Assembly: GCA_001643675.2 (NCBI GenBank)
Contig: LSRY02000040.1
Span: 806,001 to 870,000, forward strand
From: Monocercomonoides exilis PA203
Lineage: Eukaryota; Protista; Preaxostyla
DNA: 64,000 nt
Reading direction: 5' to 3'
Shown: positions 1 through 14,228 of the stretch, piece after piece
How positions within the stretch are numbered: the stretch's first letter is position 1
Layout: every line of letters begins with the position of its first letter
Program-made: the position numbers and the translations under genes
The notes under the pieces: model-generated
The model's input: the letters and a program-made list of their open reading frames with translations, nothing else
The model's database searches: none
What the model was told of the DNA's origin: nothing

Positions 1-2037
1 TCTTCTTCTTCTCCTTCTCCTTCTCCTTCTCCTTCTCCTTATCCACTTCTTTCTCTTTCTCCTTCTCTTTCTTTTTCTTCTCCATCTTCTTCCTCAAATT
101 CATTATCATTAAATTCTTCCTCCTCCTCAAATTCTTCTTCTTCTCCTCCTCTTTCTCTTTATCCTTCTTCTTCCTCATCAAATTCATCATCATCAATTTT
201 TTCTTGTTCTTTTTCTTCTTCTTCTTCATTATATCCTTCTTCTTCTTTTTCTTCTCATATATCTTCCCATCCATTTCATCATCTTTCTCATTCAACACAC
301 AATTCAATCGTTGCATCAACAGCTGCCTTTCCTTTGGTTGATAGCTTTGGCAATGGATGTGTTGGAGAAGAAGAAGAAGAAAGAGAAGGAGAAGAAAAAG
401 AAAGAAAAGGAGAAGGAGAAGGAGAAGGAGAAAGAGAAAGAGAAGAAGAAGAAGAAAGAGAAAGAGAAAGCGAAAGCGAAGAAGTTCATGAAGACATGAA
501 TGAAGAAGATGAAGAGAGAAATCGCGATAATCGCACAAATATCAGAAACAAAAGCCAAATTCATCAAATTCATCAAAACAGAACTGAAAAGAAAGGAAAA
601 GACAAAGAAGAGCAGAAATATGTGATTGTATCTGTATCTCCCTCTCAATCACCTCAGATTTCAGTGTTGCCTTCTTCTTCTTCTTCTTCTACCTCCTCCT
701 ACTCCTTATCTTCCTCTTCTCCACTTTCATCATCATCCTCCTCCTCTTCTTCTTCCCTTTCTTCTCCTTCATCATCATCATTATCTTCTTCTTCTTCTTC
801 TTCTTCTCTTCCCTTTCCTTCTCCTTCTTCTTCTTCTCCTTCTTCTCCTTCTCCATCATCCAACCGACCGATTCTTTCTGATTCTCAACCAGATCTTTCT
901 CTTTCTCTTTCTCCAATCACTTTCTTCTTCTCTTCCTATTCTTCCCTCAAAAATATTCCTCCTCTCCTCACTTCAAAATCCTTTGCGTTGTCTATTCCTT
1001 CAATGAAACATCAAATAAATGTGAATTTGGCTTCGAATTCTTCTTCTTCTTCTTCTTCTTCTTCTTCTTCTTCTTCAAGTTCTCATTCTTCAATGTCTCC
1101 CTATCCTTCTCCTTCTCCTCTTTTTCCTCCTCCTCCTTCCATTTCCAATCTTCAACAAACAAACACAAATGACATTGCAGAAACAATAAATAAATCAAAA
1201 GAATCACCAAAAAATGACATATTTGAATCAAAAACAGATTTAATTGCTGAAAGAAACGAAAAGAGAAACGAAAAGAGAAACGAAAAGGGAAACGAAAAGA
1301 GAAAAGAAGAGGGAAAAGAAGAGGGAAAAGAAGAGAATTCTCTTGAAGGAAAAGAGAAAGATAACAAAAACAAAGAAAAAAAAGAAAGTTTCAATGATTT
1401 TAATGAAAAACATCAAAAACATGAAAATGAAAATGAAAAAGAGAAAGAAAAAGAAAAAGAAAAAGAAAAACAAGATTTGAAAATGAATGAAGATTCTGTT
1501 TCTATTCGCAAAACAGAAAGAAATGAAATTTCTGATAAAAAAGAAATTGAAGAAGCAAATGGGAGAATGGAGCAAATGATTGAAAATGCTAATGATCTCT
1601 TGTTACAGCTTAAGGATTCTTCAACTTCCTCCTCATCCTCCTCATCCTCTTCTTCCTCATCCTCCTCATCCTCTTCTTCCTCATCCTCCTCATCCTCTTC
1701 TTCCTCATCCTCCTCCTCTTCTTCTTCTTCACTTCACCCCTTTCCTTCTTCTTCTCCTTCTCCTTCTTCATCTTCATCTTCCTCTTCCTCTTCATCTTCC
1801 TCTCCTTCTCTCTCACATTCACATTCACCTTTACAATCTCAACCACAATCATCATCATTACAATCATCATCACAATCTTCATTTCAATCCCAATTACAAA
1901 CAGACAAGCCAAAAGCCTTTCTTAATTTGTCGATTGAGTCTTTTCTGCTGGCTCCTCCGCATCTTCAGCCTCTTCTCATCAGACAGGCACTTGCCGAGCT
2001 TAGCCAGAGAACAACAAATGCTTCATTGGAAGCAGAT

Positions 2038-2071
<34 letters not shown>

Positions 2072-5000
2072 CTTCATCTTCATCCTCTTCATCTTCATCT
2101 TCATCTTCATCCTCTTCATATTCATCCTCTTCCTCTTCCTCTTCCTCTTCATCGTCTTCTTCTTTCCCAATTCCTCCAATGTTTAATGATAGCATTCTCG
2201 AGACATCCAACAACAATGCCAAAACTCTGATTTCTTCCTTGCCTTTAAAGCAGGATTTTCATCATCATCATCATCATCATCATCAACCGCAAAATGAACA
2301 TATATCTTCTTCTTCTCCTCCTCCTGCTCCTTCACAAACATTATCTTCTTCTTCACTCTCCCCTTCTTCATTGAAATCTCTCGATCAGAACATTCCATTC
2401 ATTCATTCTTCATCTTCTCCTTCTCCTTCTCCTCCTTCTCTTCCTCTTCATTCTCCTCTTATCATTGATTCAAATACAAAATTTTCATATTCATCATCTT
2501 CTTCCTCTTCCTCTTCCTCTTCTTCTTCCTCTTCATCTTCTCCTCCTCCTTCTTCATTAACATTTTCCATTCCCAACACACTCAACCCCTCTTCATCCGC
2601 ACATATCCCATCAAACATGACTCCTGATGCCTTTCTCTCTCCTCATCGCATTCTTCACACAAGAAAAAGAAACTATCCGCCTTCTCTTCGAATTCCTCCT
2701 TTTCGCGGGAGAGCAGAAAAGGAGAAAGAGAAGCATAAAACAAGTGAAGTCAGAGTGAAAGATGAGAAAGATGAAGAAATGAGCATGAGAAATTTGAAAA
2801 ATGACAATGAGGTTATTCAAGATGAGAAAGGAAATATTCAAATGAATGAGAAAAACAAAAATGGCCTTTCATTTAATCAACTGGAGTATTCAACAAAGCA
2901 GACAAATGATGAGCTCACAGGAATTGTGGACCCATTGAAGCAATATTCGACTCATCATTATCATCAGCAGCAGCAACAGCATCATCAGCAAAATTATCAA
3001 CAGGATAGTCAAGAGAATCAATTTTATCCACATGATCAACAAAATGTCTTCAATCAACAGCAGCGACAACAACAAAACAAACAAATGAAAAGAATGATTT
3101 CAGAGCAAAGAGAAGATGGAATGATCAATTTGGGTGATTCATTTGGGCGAAGAGCAGAATTTCTGAGAAAGACGATGGAGAAAGCGAATGCGCAGATGAA
3201 AGGGGAGAATGTGAGCAAAGGAAGAAACCAGAGTGGAGAAGAGAAAGAAGAGAAACAAGAAATAGAAGGCAAAGAAGCAAATGCTATTCATGATGATGCT
3301 AAAGAGAGTGAGAATGAAAAAGAAAACATATTCAATGAGAATAACGAAAACAATAAACAACAACAACAACAAATTGTTTCTTTGCAGAATTCACAATTCG
3401 AACAATCATTTTCTGATTCTGGCAATTCGAAAGCAGTTTCACAAACAAACAGTTCAGCAAATGGCTTTTTTGTCTCTTCAATTCCACATTCATTGCATTC
3501 ATTGCATTCGTCGCAAACAGAAGAGCCAAGTTATCAGAGAGAAAGAACTGAAGATACAGCATTATCACAGAATTTGATGGATAGAAAAAACATTATGCAA
3601 AAACAAGAGACAGAGCAAAGGAATAATGAAAGTGGTGCAGTGGAAGAGAAAACAACGAATGCAAATGATAATAACAATAATGAAATGGAAAGTGCAGAAG
3701 ATAGAGTGAAGCAGAATGCACAGAGGATGCTCGACATCATTTTGCCATTTTTGAAGGAGAAGATGTACTCAAACGCGTCTTCATCATCTTCATCATCTTC
3801 ATCATCATCTTCTCTTCCTCCTTCTCTTGATGAAATTAGTTCCATTCCTTTGTCAACACTTTTGGCTTCCTCATTTTCATCATCATCTTCTTCTTCCCTT
3901 CCTCCTTCTTCTTCAGCAGTTTCGACTTGCACAAATACAGTTCCCATTCATATCCCCAAACCTTCCTTTTTTGAAGAAGAAGAAGAAGTAATTCCTTTAC
4001 CCACACAAAAAGTTCCATCATCAGATCAAACAGCAAACAGAGCAGAACTGAATGATGCTTCTTCTGCCTCTCTCGTTGGATATAGCAGTCTTCCTGTGCT
4101 TCCACAATGCAAGCAGAATAGTATTTCGTCTGCGATGGGAATTGCTTCATCCAATGTGCCGGAAAAGAAGGAAGCGAACAGATTTGTTGAATCGAACTCT
4201 ATTGACAATCCAGATGGGGTCCTTGCACAATCAAGTCATTCAAACGAAAGCACAAGCAAAATGGATGGTGAATCAATGGAAGCATGCGAGCCATTGACTG
4301 GAATGCAATACAGCAATTCATTTGCCTCTGAGAAACCATTTGCGGCACGAAGACATCATCATCAAAGAGGAGCAAGACAAGTGCTTCGTCCCGCGATGCT
4401 GAATGGGATGTATTTGAGAAGCAGTTCACACTCAAACAAGCTTCTTTCACAGAGCAGGCACAGCAGAATGAAGAAGTCGAGATCGTATGACAGAAACCTT
4501 CCTCTTTCTCCTCTCTCGCCAAACGCTTTGGATTCGGCAGCACTTGCTGATATGCAGATCTTCGATTGGGCAGTGAATGAGCGGCTGAGGAAGGAGAAGG
4601 AGGATGAAGGAGTATTTATCCTGTCTGGAAACCAGCTCTCACCCATTTCTCCTCCAATAACTCAGTCACAAGAAGGAAATGGAAATGGATCAGGAAGGCT
4701 TTCAGCACTGCCTTTATCTGCGTCTTTGTCTTGTGAATTGTCAGCAGATAATCCAACCTCGCCTTTTGCATCAGAAGCAACAACATCATTTTATGAAGAC
4801 CTGAAAAGAAGAGAAGATGAGAATGCTTCAACGAATGTTCAGGTTCAAGTGCAGAAAGTTGGAGGCAATGAGAATTTCATTCAAAGCGAAGAAAGCACTA
4901 ACCATCCGAAGGATATCATCATCCAAATAACTCAGCCAGCCACTGAGGAAAGCGAGTCTGAAGGATCAAAACAGAGTTCAGAGGAAGAAAAGCCTCTGAA

Positions 5001-8000
5001 GGCAACAACGCACATTCTCGACCACCCAAAGAACCCACTCATCCGCACAGGGACGGTTCCAGCCATGCACAATGCATCGACCACGTTCCTCTCTTCTCAC
5101 TCAGAGGTGTCTGTGGTCAGAACAATTCCTTCACCACTTTCAATGAGGAATGGATGTGGGGTGAATGAAAGTGACGGAGGAAGGTCGACGCAGAAGGATA
5201 TTGATTCGTCGCCTCAGCTTGTGTATTGCATTGATTCTGAGCCTGAAGAAAAATTCAACGTTGAGTTGAATAAAACATCAGAGCAAAGAGAAAATGAAGA
5301 GCAAGGAGTATCCTCAACGACTTCTGCTTATTCCTCTTATTCCACTTCTTCCTCTTCCTCTTTTTCATCATCATCTTCTTCATCATCTTGTTTTTCTCCT
5401 GTTTTCAATCATTCATCCTCTCAGAGTGTCATTAATTACGGTCCAAATGGTCAGCAATGCAAACAGCAATCATCCCTTTTGAATGGACTTTTGTCGCCAA
5501 AACGCGACCGTTTGAAGGAAAGCAAGTTTCCACTGCTGAATTCATCCCACTCGCAAATGTCACTGCTTCCTGCAATATTCCGGTTTAACACATCTTATTC
5601 CTCGCCTCCACTTTCACCACAATCGCCTGTTCTTTTGCCAAACAGGACAAACAACTTCGGTGCCAGTGGATTATTAAAAGGGAAAAACTTCAGCAGAAAT
5701 GAAACAGGCATGCTGAGTCCCACTGGGTTTCTGTCTCCCCCACTCCATTCTCCGCCAATTCATTCTGTTTCAGAGGCTCAACTTAGTGCTTTGTTCCCCT
5801 CACTTCATCCTTGTTCACCCGAATCATCTCCTCAAAGAGAGCAACATTTGTCATCTCGCTCAGAACACCGCCCTCCACTGCTTCATCCCACATCCCAATT
5901 TCCATCGATGAAAGAGCTGCCTCAGAACTCATTTGATTCATCTGAAAGCATCCTCTTTGATAGCATCGGTGTGGCTCTTCCCAGGTTGCCTTCTTCTGCT
6001 GCTCTGACAGACTGCCACTCCAAGGAAACAGAGCAAAAAGGGGAAAGCGAAGCAGAAGGGAAGAATTCGAGTGTGTTTGCTGTGGGAGCAAACGGGATAG
6101 TTCGATTGAAGCCAGAGAAATGCAATACATTAATGCCCATGCAAATAGCCAGCCCTCCTATCCACTCTCCTCCTGTGTTCTCTTCTTCTGCCTCTGCGTT
6201 TTCGAGATATGTGCCAGCAGACTTCCAACAGAAGGGATTTGCACTTTTGGGGATGCAGAAGATATCGTCACGAGAGGAAATGCAGCAGAATGAAAACAAT
6301 TCTATTCAGGAATCTGTGCCATCTTCTTCGCCTGCTTTGTCATCTCCTCATTTTGGAAGTATTGGAAGTCTGTCTGCAGAAGCTTTTGCTGGAATCAGTG
6401 CTTGTGCCAAAAACAATAATAACGTGAATGCCACTTCCAAGATTGTGAATCAATCTCCTCTTCGTTTCGATTCCAAGCCAGAGGAGTCAGACGCATCTGC
6501 CTCCACAAACACCTCTGGAAAAACTTCAACAGAAAGAGAAGGAACACTCTCGGACATCAAGTTTGCACCACTGAATGAAAATCGCTATTTGGAGAAAGAA
6601 GAAAACTTGACTGTTGGCAATGTTAATTCAGGAACAGAATCACATTCAACTTTGAAGATCATAGATATGCTTTCTCACACACCTGTCTCGCTTCCCATTC
6701 CTGAAGCATCGTCTAATTCCATTCATAGAACAACTTCTTCATCTTCCTCATCTTCATCGTCATCTGATCCATTTTCTAATTCTCCGGCAAACAATAATGC
6801 TGAAAAGATGATGCTGTCATCTGCTTCTTCTTCTTCTTCTTCAACTCCTTCTCGCTCTTCTCCATCCTCATTCACTCCCGTTAGCAACTATCTGACTTCT
6901 GCAACAACAAACTCCTGCACATCGCAGTCACCAACATTCTTGTATTTAACTCATCCTTCTCCTTCACCCACACCACGCACTCCGAAATCGTCATTGATGC
7001 ACCGCTTGTGGAGCAAGTTCAAACGTTCTTTTGGAATCACAGAGGCACAGGAGACAGAAGTTGAAGCGATGACTGAAGGGTTGCTGACGTCTCAGCACTT
7101 AAGCATAGTGCAATCATCATCTGCTATCACACCAGGAAGAGCATCTGTGCAAAGCATGACAAAGATACACACAACATCGCATCTTTCAGCAAGTGAAGAG
7201 GAAGATGAAGAAGGAGAAGGTGAGGAAGGGCAGCACAAACAGGAAGCATGGAGTGTTCACAAACAAGATATGCAAAACTGGGAAGTTTGTGGAGATGGTC
7301 GAATAAGCAGCAGTGCAATTGGGGAAGGCGATGGAGATGATGATGATGATGAATCAGAGATGGAGAGGATGCTGTTCAGCCCATTTGACGGTGCAGATGC
7401 TGGAATCACAATTAAGTCATCGAAGCAGCTGCAGATACAGGAAGATCGTTCTGTGTGCGCGAATGGGGAGTTGGCTTCTCCAATTCAGCAAGAGCTGCCT
7501 TTAAAATCAGAAGCATTTAATTTGGAAGCAGACTTGAATGATGCTGACAACGAGCCCGAACACATTCTCTCGCCCACACTTTCAGAGAAGCTGTCACATG
7601 CAAATGCGATTGATTGTCAGCCTCACGGCAAAGAAGTTGTCCAACTTAGAACACTTTCATCACTTCCAGACATGCAAAGAACTTCTCATTCATTAAGTTA
7701 TCAGCATAATTCTCCCTGCAGCGAAAGGCAAATGAGGATGATCCAATCTGTTTCAGTGGCATTAGCAACTCCTGTGCAGGCAGGAATTAGCTTATTCAAC
7801 ACTCCTCATTTTCCTGAAGCGCCATTGTCAGGAGGGTGCCATCTTCACTTGCTTTCTCCTCGTCTTCTTCGGATCTGTGCTCCTCAGCCTACAAATCCCA
7901 TTGTTCGTCCTCATTCGCCCTGCTTTTCTCTTTTTGATTCGCCAAATACTTCTTCCTCTTCCTCTTCCTCTTCTCCTGCTGCAACTTCGTCTTCCAACAA

Positions 8001-8793
8001 TCGGCGCTCTCCAATTTTAGGAGCGCTTTCATCTCCGAAAGTTTATACAGCGATATTGTCTGTAACAACATCAACTCCAACCACTGCTTCCACCTCTTCA
8101 TCAGCCTCGTGTGCCTCAGAAATACCAACTTCCTCGTGCTTATCATCACCTTGCATTTCTTCTGAAGCATCTCCTCAGTTCAGCAGCATTCAAAATCGAT
8201 TTCCCTGCAGTGAAAATGCAACAGGACATGGCATATCCCGTCTTTTATCACAATCTTCAGAGGAGGCAAGAATCGTTCGAGACATTCAGAGCTTCCCACA
8301 GCCCAGTGAAATTAGTTGCGAAGCTGAGAAAAGCCCTCACTCAATTTTCAGTCCAAGCAGTTCCAGCTCTTCTGAAATGTTTTCGCCTCATTTCTCAGCA
8401 TACTATGACGATCTTAGCATTACACACGATGCGACAGAAGAGATTTCGCTACCAGACGGGATTGAAAGCACGCTTCAGAGCGCGAGAAGAGTCGAAGATT
8501 GCGAAAGCAGGTGGAGAATGAAGAGCAAGGAACTTCTCCCTTCGAATGAAGACGAGGAAATAATCAATCTTATGCAGCAGATTGCGATTTTGCAGAAGAA
8601 GAAAAGGAAGAAAACAAAAGCGAAACAGAATGAAGATTGGATGAATGTGTCAGAGAAGCATGAAGAAAAGGATATAATCGGCGGATTATATAACTCGACG
8701 ATTCCGGAGGTTGTGGAGGAAGAAAGGGTGGTAAGCGAGGAGGATGAACAGATGAACAGCAAAGAAGCAAATGAAAGAAACGTAATTCAATAA
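1..8793 (+). CDS. Giant low-complexity (Ser/Glu/Gln/Pro-rich) hypothetical protein, 5'-partial (>2900 aa)
   Basis: The ORF track gives 334..8793, and frame 1 is also stop-free from position 1 to 333. The protein has poly-S, poly-E/K, poly-N and poly-H tracts. No recognisable domain. Confidence 0.75.
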
Positions 8794-10628
8794 ACGAATG
8801 GAATAGAACAACAATCCGAAGAAGAATACGATGATGTTGAATTAAGTCAGAGGAATGATGGATGAAAAAGAACATATTTCACAAAAACAATGAACAAATA
8901 AGTGGGAAAAAAGGATTTGTATCTGATGAGCAGGATGAAAGACGAGGAAGCAGAGGAGCGCTGAGTTCAACTGCCAAAGAAGAAGAAGATGCTGATGAAC
9001 GGCTGAGCAGAATTCGGGGCAAGCTTCGATGTGAAGGATGGATTGACAGCTCAGCATAGCAGATTGAGCTTGGTGGGTGGGAAAACGGGCAGATGTTCCG
9101 CTTGCCAAGTGAGAGCATTTTACACACAGTTATGCAACGAACGATGGCGTGTTCAGCAACATTGCAAAATCGGATTGTCAGAGAGAAGAAAGGATCAGAG
9201 GTAATGAAAGAGAAGGAACAGCTCGCATCAGCAGATGAAGAAGAGATTAGCTGTCATTCGAAGGAATATGAAGTGAGGCTTGGATCAAAAGTTGCAAAAT
9301 CAGAGCGTGTTATATTGGCTCATGAAGATCAAAAGCCAGGACCAGGTTCGCAGTTACTCTGGAGCAATGACGGTACAGGAAAGGCCTGTTTGCAGATGCA
9401 TCCAAGCGCAATTACAAAAGACAATTCTACTCAAACATCTTCTTCTGCTTCCTCTTCTTCTTAGGCTTTGTTGGCATCTTTGTTGATTCATTCAACACAA
9501 CCAATATCTATAAGCCAATCTCAGAAAACGAGAAATTTCAGCAAAGATTCGAAGGGGAATGGTTATTCATGGAGCGATCAGTCCACTCTTCGTTCAGCTT
9601 CTCAGCAGTACGCACCTCAGACAAGTTCATCTGATGCGTTAAAAATAAAGAGCAGCATTCGAATAGCGAATGTTTTTCGTGGAAATGTTGATGTCGACGA
9701 GCCATTGATTCTCGAACAAGTTCAGCAAATGCAAAAAGAAAAAAGGAAAGAAGGTGCTTTTTCAGAAGAAGGACATAGGTCTGGAAAAAGAAAGCGTTGA
9801 ACGCAAAAGTCTATTGAAAGAAGCATTAACTGAAAGTCCTTTTAATGCAGTGAGAAGCAGCTTGCAATAAACATTAACGAATTTTTTTGTTTCGGATGCT
9901 GTAATGCCTTCTCTTTTATCTCCATCCTTGACATCGGAATCCCCTCTCCAAAATCTGTTTCGTTTCGCAGGATCTCATGGAGATGAGTTTTCAGCATCAC
10001 CAAGGCTGTCTTCTGATGAGGAAGCATAATCTTTGAACCATCACGTTGCATCTTCTTCATTTGCTACTTTTCATGGTTTCTGCTATTAGAATTGAACAAT
10101 TCGCTAAGCAGCCTATTTTGGTGGTGAATTGATGGAATTTGAAGGATGCATGAAGAAGGGAGTGCAGAATTGTTCTGGCAAAATTTTGTCTTTTGATAAT
10201 AAAAACACAATTTTGATTGGTGAAGAGATTATAAAAAAACTGTGATGTGGTTGTAATTTGTCTTGAACAACTGCAAACAATGGTGAAAGCACTTGCACTG
10301 AAAAAAAAATTGACGAAAAAAATATAACGAACTGCAAAAGTTGTGAAAAATGTGATTTTTTATGGATCCACACTGAAAGTGGAATTGAATAAAGTGTTCG
10401 TCTTTGTTCATCGTCTTCGGGTCTTCAATACACTGTGAATGGGCAAACGTATTTAATGGAGTTTCTTTTGACAAGCAAGAGGAGTGAGGAACTGTGCCAT
10501 CCAAAGATGAAGACATGAGAAATGTGAAAGCAATAATGTCAACAGATTTTGGATTATCACCTTTTCAGAAGGATGTTAATGAGAGTGGCAGAGTTGTTGG
10601 CGATGCGCGCAACGAAATGCCCGAGTGA
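8794..10628 (+). pseudogene. Degenerate coding-like continuation of the giant ORF
   Basis: Coding-like composition continues past the TAA. ORFs 8862..9059, 9093..9464 and 9468..9800 share one frame and are separated by single TAG stops; more TGA/TAA stops follow. AT-rich intergenic DNA starts at ~10680. Confidence 0.45.
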
Positions 10629-11006
10629 AGTGCGAAAAGAGTAAAAGGTGAGAGTCTTTGTTGCACTGTTCTTTTGCAAATCTTTCATTTATAATATTAG
10701 ATTAGTTTGTTTAATTATGTACAAGGTGTAATTTTTGGTGTTTATGTATGATTACAAAAATCAAATTTATACTCCAGAAATGGTTGCTTTTTTTTTTATT
10801 TATTCTTTTGGATATTGTTTTTAGTTTTCATTGACTTTGTATTTAGATATTTATTTTTGATTTAATCATATTTTTATAATAGTTTTAGCTGAAGAGATCT
10901 TCAATGAAATCAACACATGAAAATTTTTTTATTATATATAATTTTATTTTATTTTAATTTTTAATTTTTTTTTTTTTTTCTTTCTTTCTTTTTCTTTTCT
11001 TTTTTG

Positions 11007-11031
11007 GGCAAATGCAGAATATACGCGTACC
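11007..11031 (+). repeat. Merlin left TIR
   Basis: 22/25 match to the revcomp of 12429..12453. Confidence 0.9.
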
Positions 11032-11228
11032 AAAAGAAAACACTTCATAATCGATACGAAGAAAGGTGTAGCTATTCTTGATCATTCCATTGCATTTTTA
11101 TCTTGCGCAAATAGCTTGTTGGATTTAAATGAATAATTTTTTCTGCAAATTTTGAATAAAAAAATGGGTTAAAATATTTTTTTATTATTTTTTATTTTCT
11201 GAAAAGTGTATGAAATTGTTAAAAAGAA

Positions 11229-12266
11229 CTAATCATCAGTCCATTCTGATGCGTCTGCTCCATCATCTGCACCGAAATCAGTATCTTCATCAGGAAGATC
11301 ATCCATATCAGGGATTTCTTCCTCTTCGTTAGCCTTTTCTGGATCATTTTCGTCTTCCTCAGCAACCATTTCTACGTTTTCAATGTTCAAATGAATTGCG
11401 GATTCAACGAGTTGATTAAAAGTCAGTAAACCCATCGAACGAACAATGAAAGATGCTATATATTGTTGAAGAAATCTTGTTCGAATTCCAAATCTGGGAA
11501 GAAATATCCGAAAGTGTGCCCAAAAACCTTCCACTGTGTTTGTATATACTGATTTATTTTCCGGATTGACAAAATGTCTCTTATGGAATACGGTTTTGTG
11601 TATAAAACCTTCTTCATCTTGACAATTATAGGCCTTCCATTCATCGCTGTATATAGTTGTTTGAGGTTAAATGTGCTTCTTGATAGCTGCAAGAAGAGTT
11701 TCCTTGTTCCTGTTTGGAACAACCACCATAAAAGATCTTTTGTAACGTTATTCAGATCTTTCTCCACCACCAAAAATCCAAACTTGCTTTTTCCTTTTTC
11801 CTCTATTGTATTTCCTTCTTCTCCACAACATTTCGTCAATTTCCACCTCCTTCCCCACTCCTCCGATTTTAATTGGGTTCTTGAATAGCACATCCACACA
11901 AACTTCCCTGCAAATATTATAATAGTATGAAACGGTGTTTCTATCCAGATATAATAAAAAACAAGTTTGCTTAATGCTTAATTTCAGCCAAAACAGCAGA
12001 AACACATGCATATTCTTATTGACAGTTGTTTTTGCCTTTGATAATGTTGTTCCTTTTAGAACAGATGTTGTTTTCAGGCACTTTTTGCACTTTTGAAAAT
12101 ATGCGTTGTCTCTTTTGCACAATAGTTTTTTCAATTTGCAGTGTTTGCATTCCCCAGTATCATGAAGAAGTCTATGTTCGAAAATCCACTTCCAAGTGCG
12201 TTCCAAATTAGCAAACAAGTAATTCATGTTTGAGATCACGTCTTTTGTTTCTGTTATCTTTGACAT
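11229..12266 (-). pseudogene. Merlin/ISXO2-like DDE transposase, 345 codons, with two in-frame TAA stops
   Basis: One reading frame carries a CxxC..CxxC zinc ribbon, IGGVGKEVEIDE, KYNRG..WIFGG, TIYSDEWKAY, HFVNP and TNTVEGFW. Internal stops lie at 11748-11750 and 11667-11669. No frameshifts. Confidence 0.9.
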
Positions 12267-12428
12267 TTTTTATTAAAGATTATTGATCTCACCCATTTTT
12301 TGAGGAAAAATTGCCAAAATAAAAAATTCATAATTTATCAACAACTCGTTTCCGCAAGGTCAGGTTTGCACATATGTTATTAACAATTAATAATAAATCA
12401 TTCACAAAAGTTTCTCGCTTATTTGAAA

Positions 12429-12453
12429 GGTACGCGTATATTCTGCTCATGCC
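12429..12453 (-). repeat. Merlin right TIR
   Basis: 22/25 match to the revcomp of 11007..11031. Confidence 0.9.
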
Positions 12454-12737
12454 TTTATATGTATTTGCATATTTTAATTTCATTGATGTGTGATGCGATC
12501 AGGCGTTGCCAGAAGCGCTTGGGGAGCATGAAATATGGGACATGGAAGCACTGCTTTTTTTTTCTGGGCATTCCTGGAAGAAATTGGTAGAAATGGGCAA
12601 CCGAAGAGTGTTTGGCAGAATGAGCCAGGCGGAAAAAACTGAAGAGAATGGGGAAAGAAATTTTTGTGGAATTTTTTTAACAAAAATCTTTTCGGAAGCA
12701 GCAGAAGAAGAGGCAGAAAAAGGTGAATTGAAACTTA

Positions 12738-14228
12738 ATGCGATATTTTACGATATGGCGCCAAGAGGCATGGGGAAGAGAAGGAAAAGGAAGAACTTCT
12801 TTGAGAGAATCGCATTTCTCATCTTCAACGGAATTTCTCTCGTCACATTCCATTCCCCTTATATCCCTCTCCAAACTCACTTTTTTCAATATCTCAACAG
12901 CAAATGAGGCATGCTCACCTTCAACAACTACATTTTCACAAACCTCTTATTTTATGAACAGTTGCTCATTCACTTCTGTTTGTGATGCATATGATGGCGG
13001 GATTGTTCCTTCTCTGAACAGCCCCTTGGCTTCCTTATCTGTTTCGAACACATCATTCATTGGGTGTTGTCGAACAAGAAATGTTGTATGTGAAGGAAAA
13101 GCAGATGGAAAGTTGACTCCAGGAAGACAGAATGAAACGTTCAATGGAGCAAACTCATTCACTTGGTGTGAGTGGAACGGATCGAAGGCTAATGGAAGCA
13201 AAGATGATTATGCTGATGGAGTGTCAAGCGGAGGGGCTATTTATATGTACAATCTGGGGAATGGAGAGCTTTTTGTTTCACATTGTCTGTTTAATAATTG
13301 TTTTGCATACAGCCGGGGTGGGGGGATAATGTGCGCAAGCATAAAAGAAGTTAAAATAGAGAACAATTCATTTAATGCTTGCACCGCGCAAAATCAGCAT
13401 GGAGGAGGAATGCTCATTTATACGATTTCAACATGTGTTCGGATCAGCGGATGTGAATTCCAGAATTGCACTGCAAACAGTCGCGGAGGAGGACTTTTTC
13501 TTGAAAATTTTCAGGTTTCGGGAACAGGATGTGCTGAAGCAGAAAATGGAGAAGGGGAGAGTGCGTGTGTGTTTGACTGCATTTTCACTTCATGCTCTCT
13601 TTCAAATTCTTATGGTGGGGGGATGTATTGCCAAAGTGTTCCATCTGCATTCAAAATGAGGATCCTCCAATTTATTTCTTGCTCAGCAGTGTCATATGGT
13701 GGAGGATTTTGGTTTAATCCAAGCCAATCAACAGCTCCAGGCGACAAGCTTTATTGCTATTTCTTCTTCTTCCACGATTGCAGCTGCAATGCCTCCACTC
13801 CATATGGACACGATGTGATGTATTACGATTATTACAATCTCTTCTCATCGGCTAACCCATTCTATGAATCATATACAACGAATAGCAATGATACGAGAGT
13901 GTGCCGTTATTATAAATCTGGAAGTTGGTATTATCAATATACAGAAAAGAAGGATTGGCTGAAGGAAGGGATGAAGGATCGGTATGTTGGGGTGGGTGGA
14001 AGTGACACAAACAATTTGTGTGGAATGAGTGAGGCAGCACCTTGCAAGACAGTGGGGCATGCGGTGGGGTCGAGCATGGCGCAGCTGAGCTCGACAATCA
14101 CAGTGCTGGGTGGAAGGCATGTGAGCGAAGAGAAGACGATCAATGTTGGGGAAAAGAAGATTTCTGTTGTTGGGAGAGGGAAGGCAGTGAGTGTGATTGG
14201 GACAAATTCTCTCTCTCTTCGTCTTTGA
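12738..14228 (+). pseudogene. Truncated Cys-rich beta-helix-like (GGA/GGG..F.nC repeat) surface-protein family fragment
   Basis: Repeated 'F.nC.A...GGG.Y' units and a 'CG....PCKTVGHA' motif. It ends abruptly at ~14215 with no TM or C-terminal part, and the 5' end is degraded. Confidence 0.7.

Larger units (their letters stand above)
11007..12453 (-). mobile_element. Merlin (IS1016/IS1595-ISXO2-like) DNA transposon, full length, inactivated
   Basis: 25-bp TIRs: GGCAAATGCAGAATATACGCGTACC (11007..11031) and revcomp GGCATGAGCAGAATATACGCGTACC (12429..12453). They enclose an ISXO2-like transposase. The 8-bp flanks match only 5/8 (CTTTTTTG / TTTATATG). Confidence 0.9.

Noticed and set aside
311-8521. 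Numerous short overlapping or antisense ORFs (poly-K/R/F/L) within the giant ORFs, likewise in 57615..61849
   Set aside because: They are shadow frames of TCT/GAA microsatellite-rich coding sequence.
10999-12461. 8-bp TSD for the Merlin element
   Set aside because: The flanks match only 5/8 in T-rich DNA, which cannot be told apart from chance.
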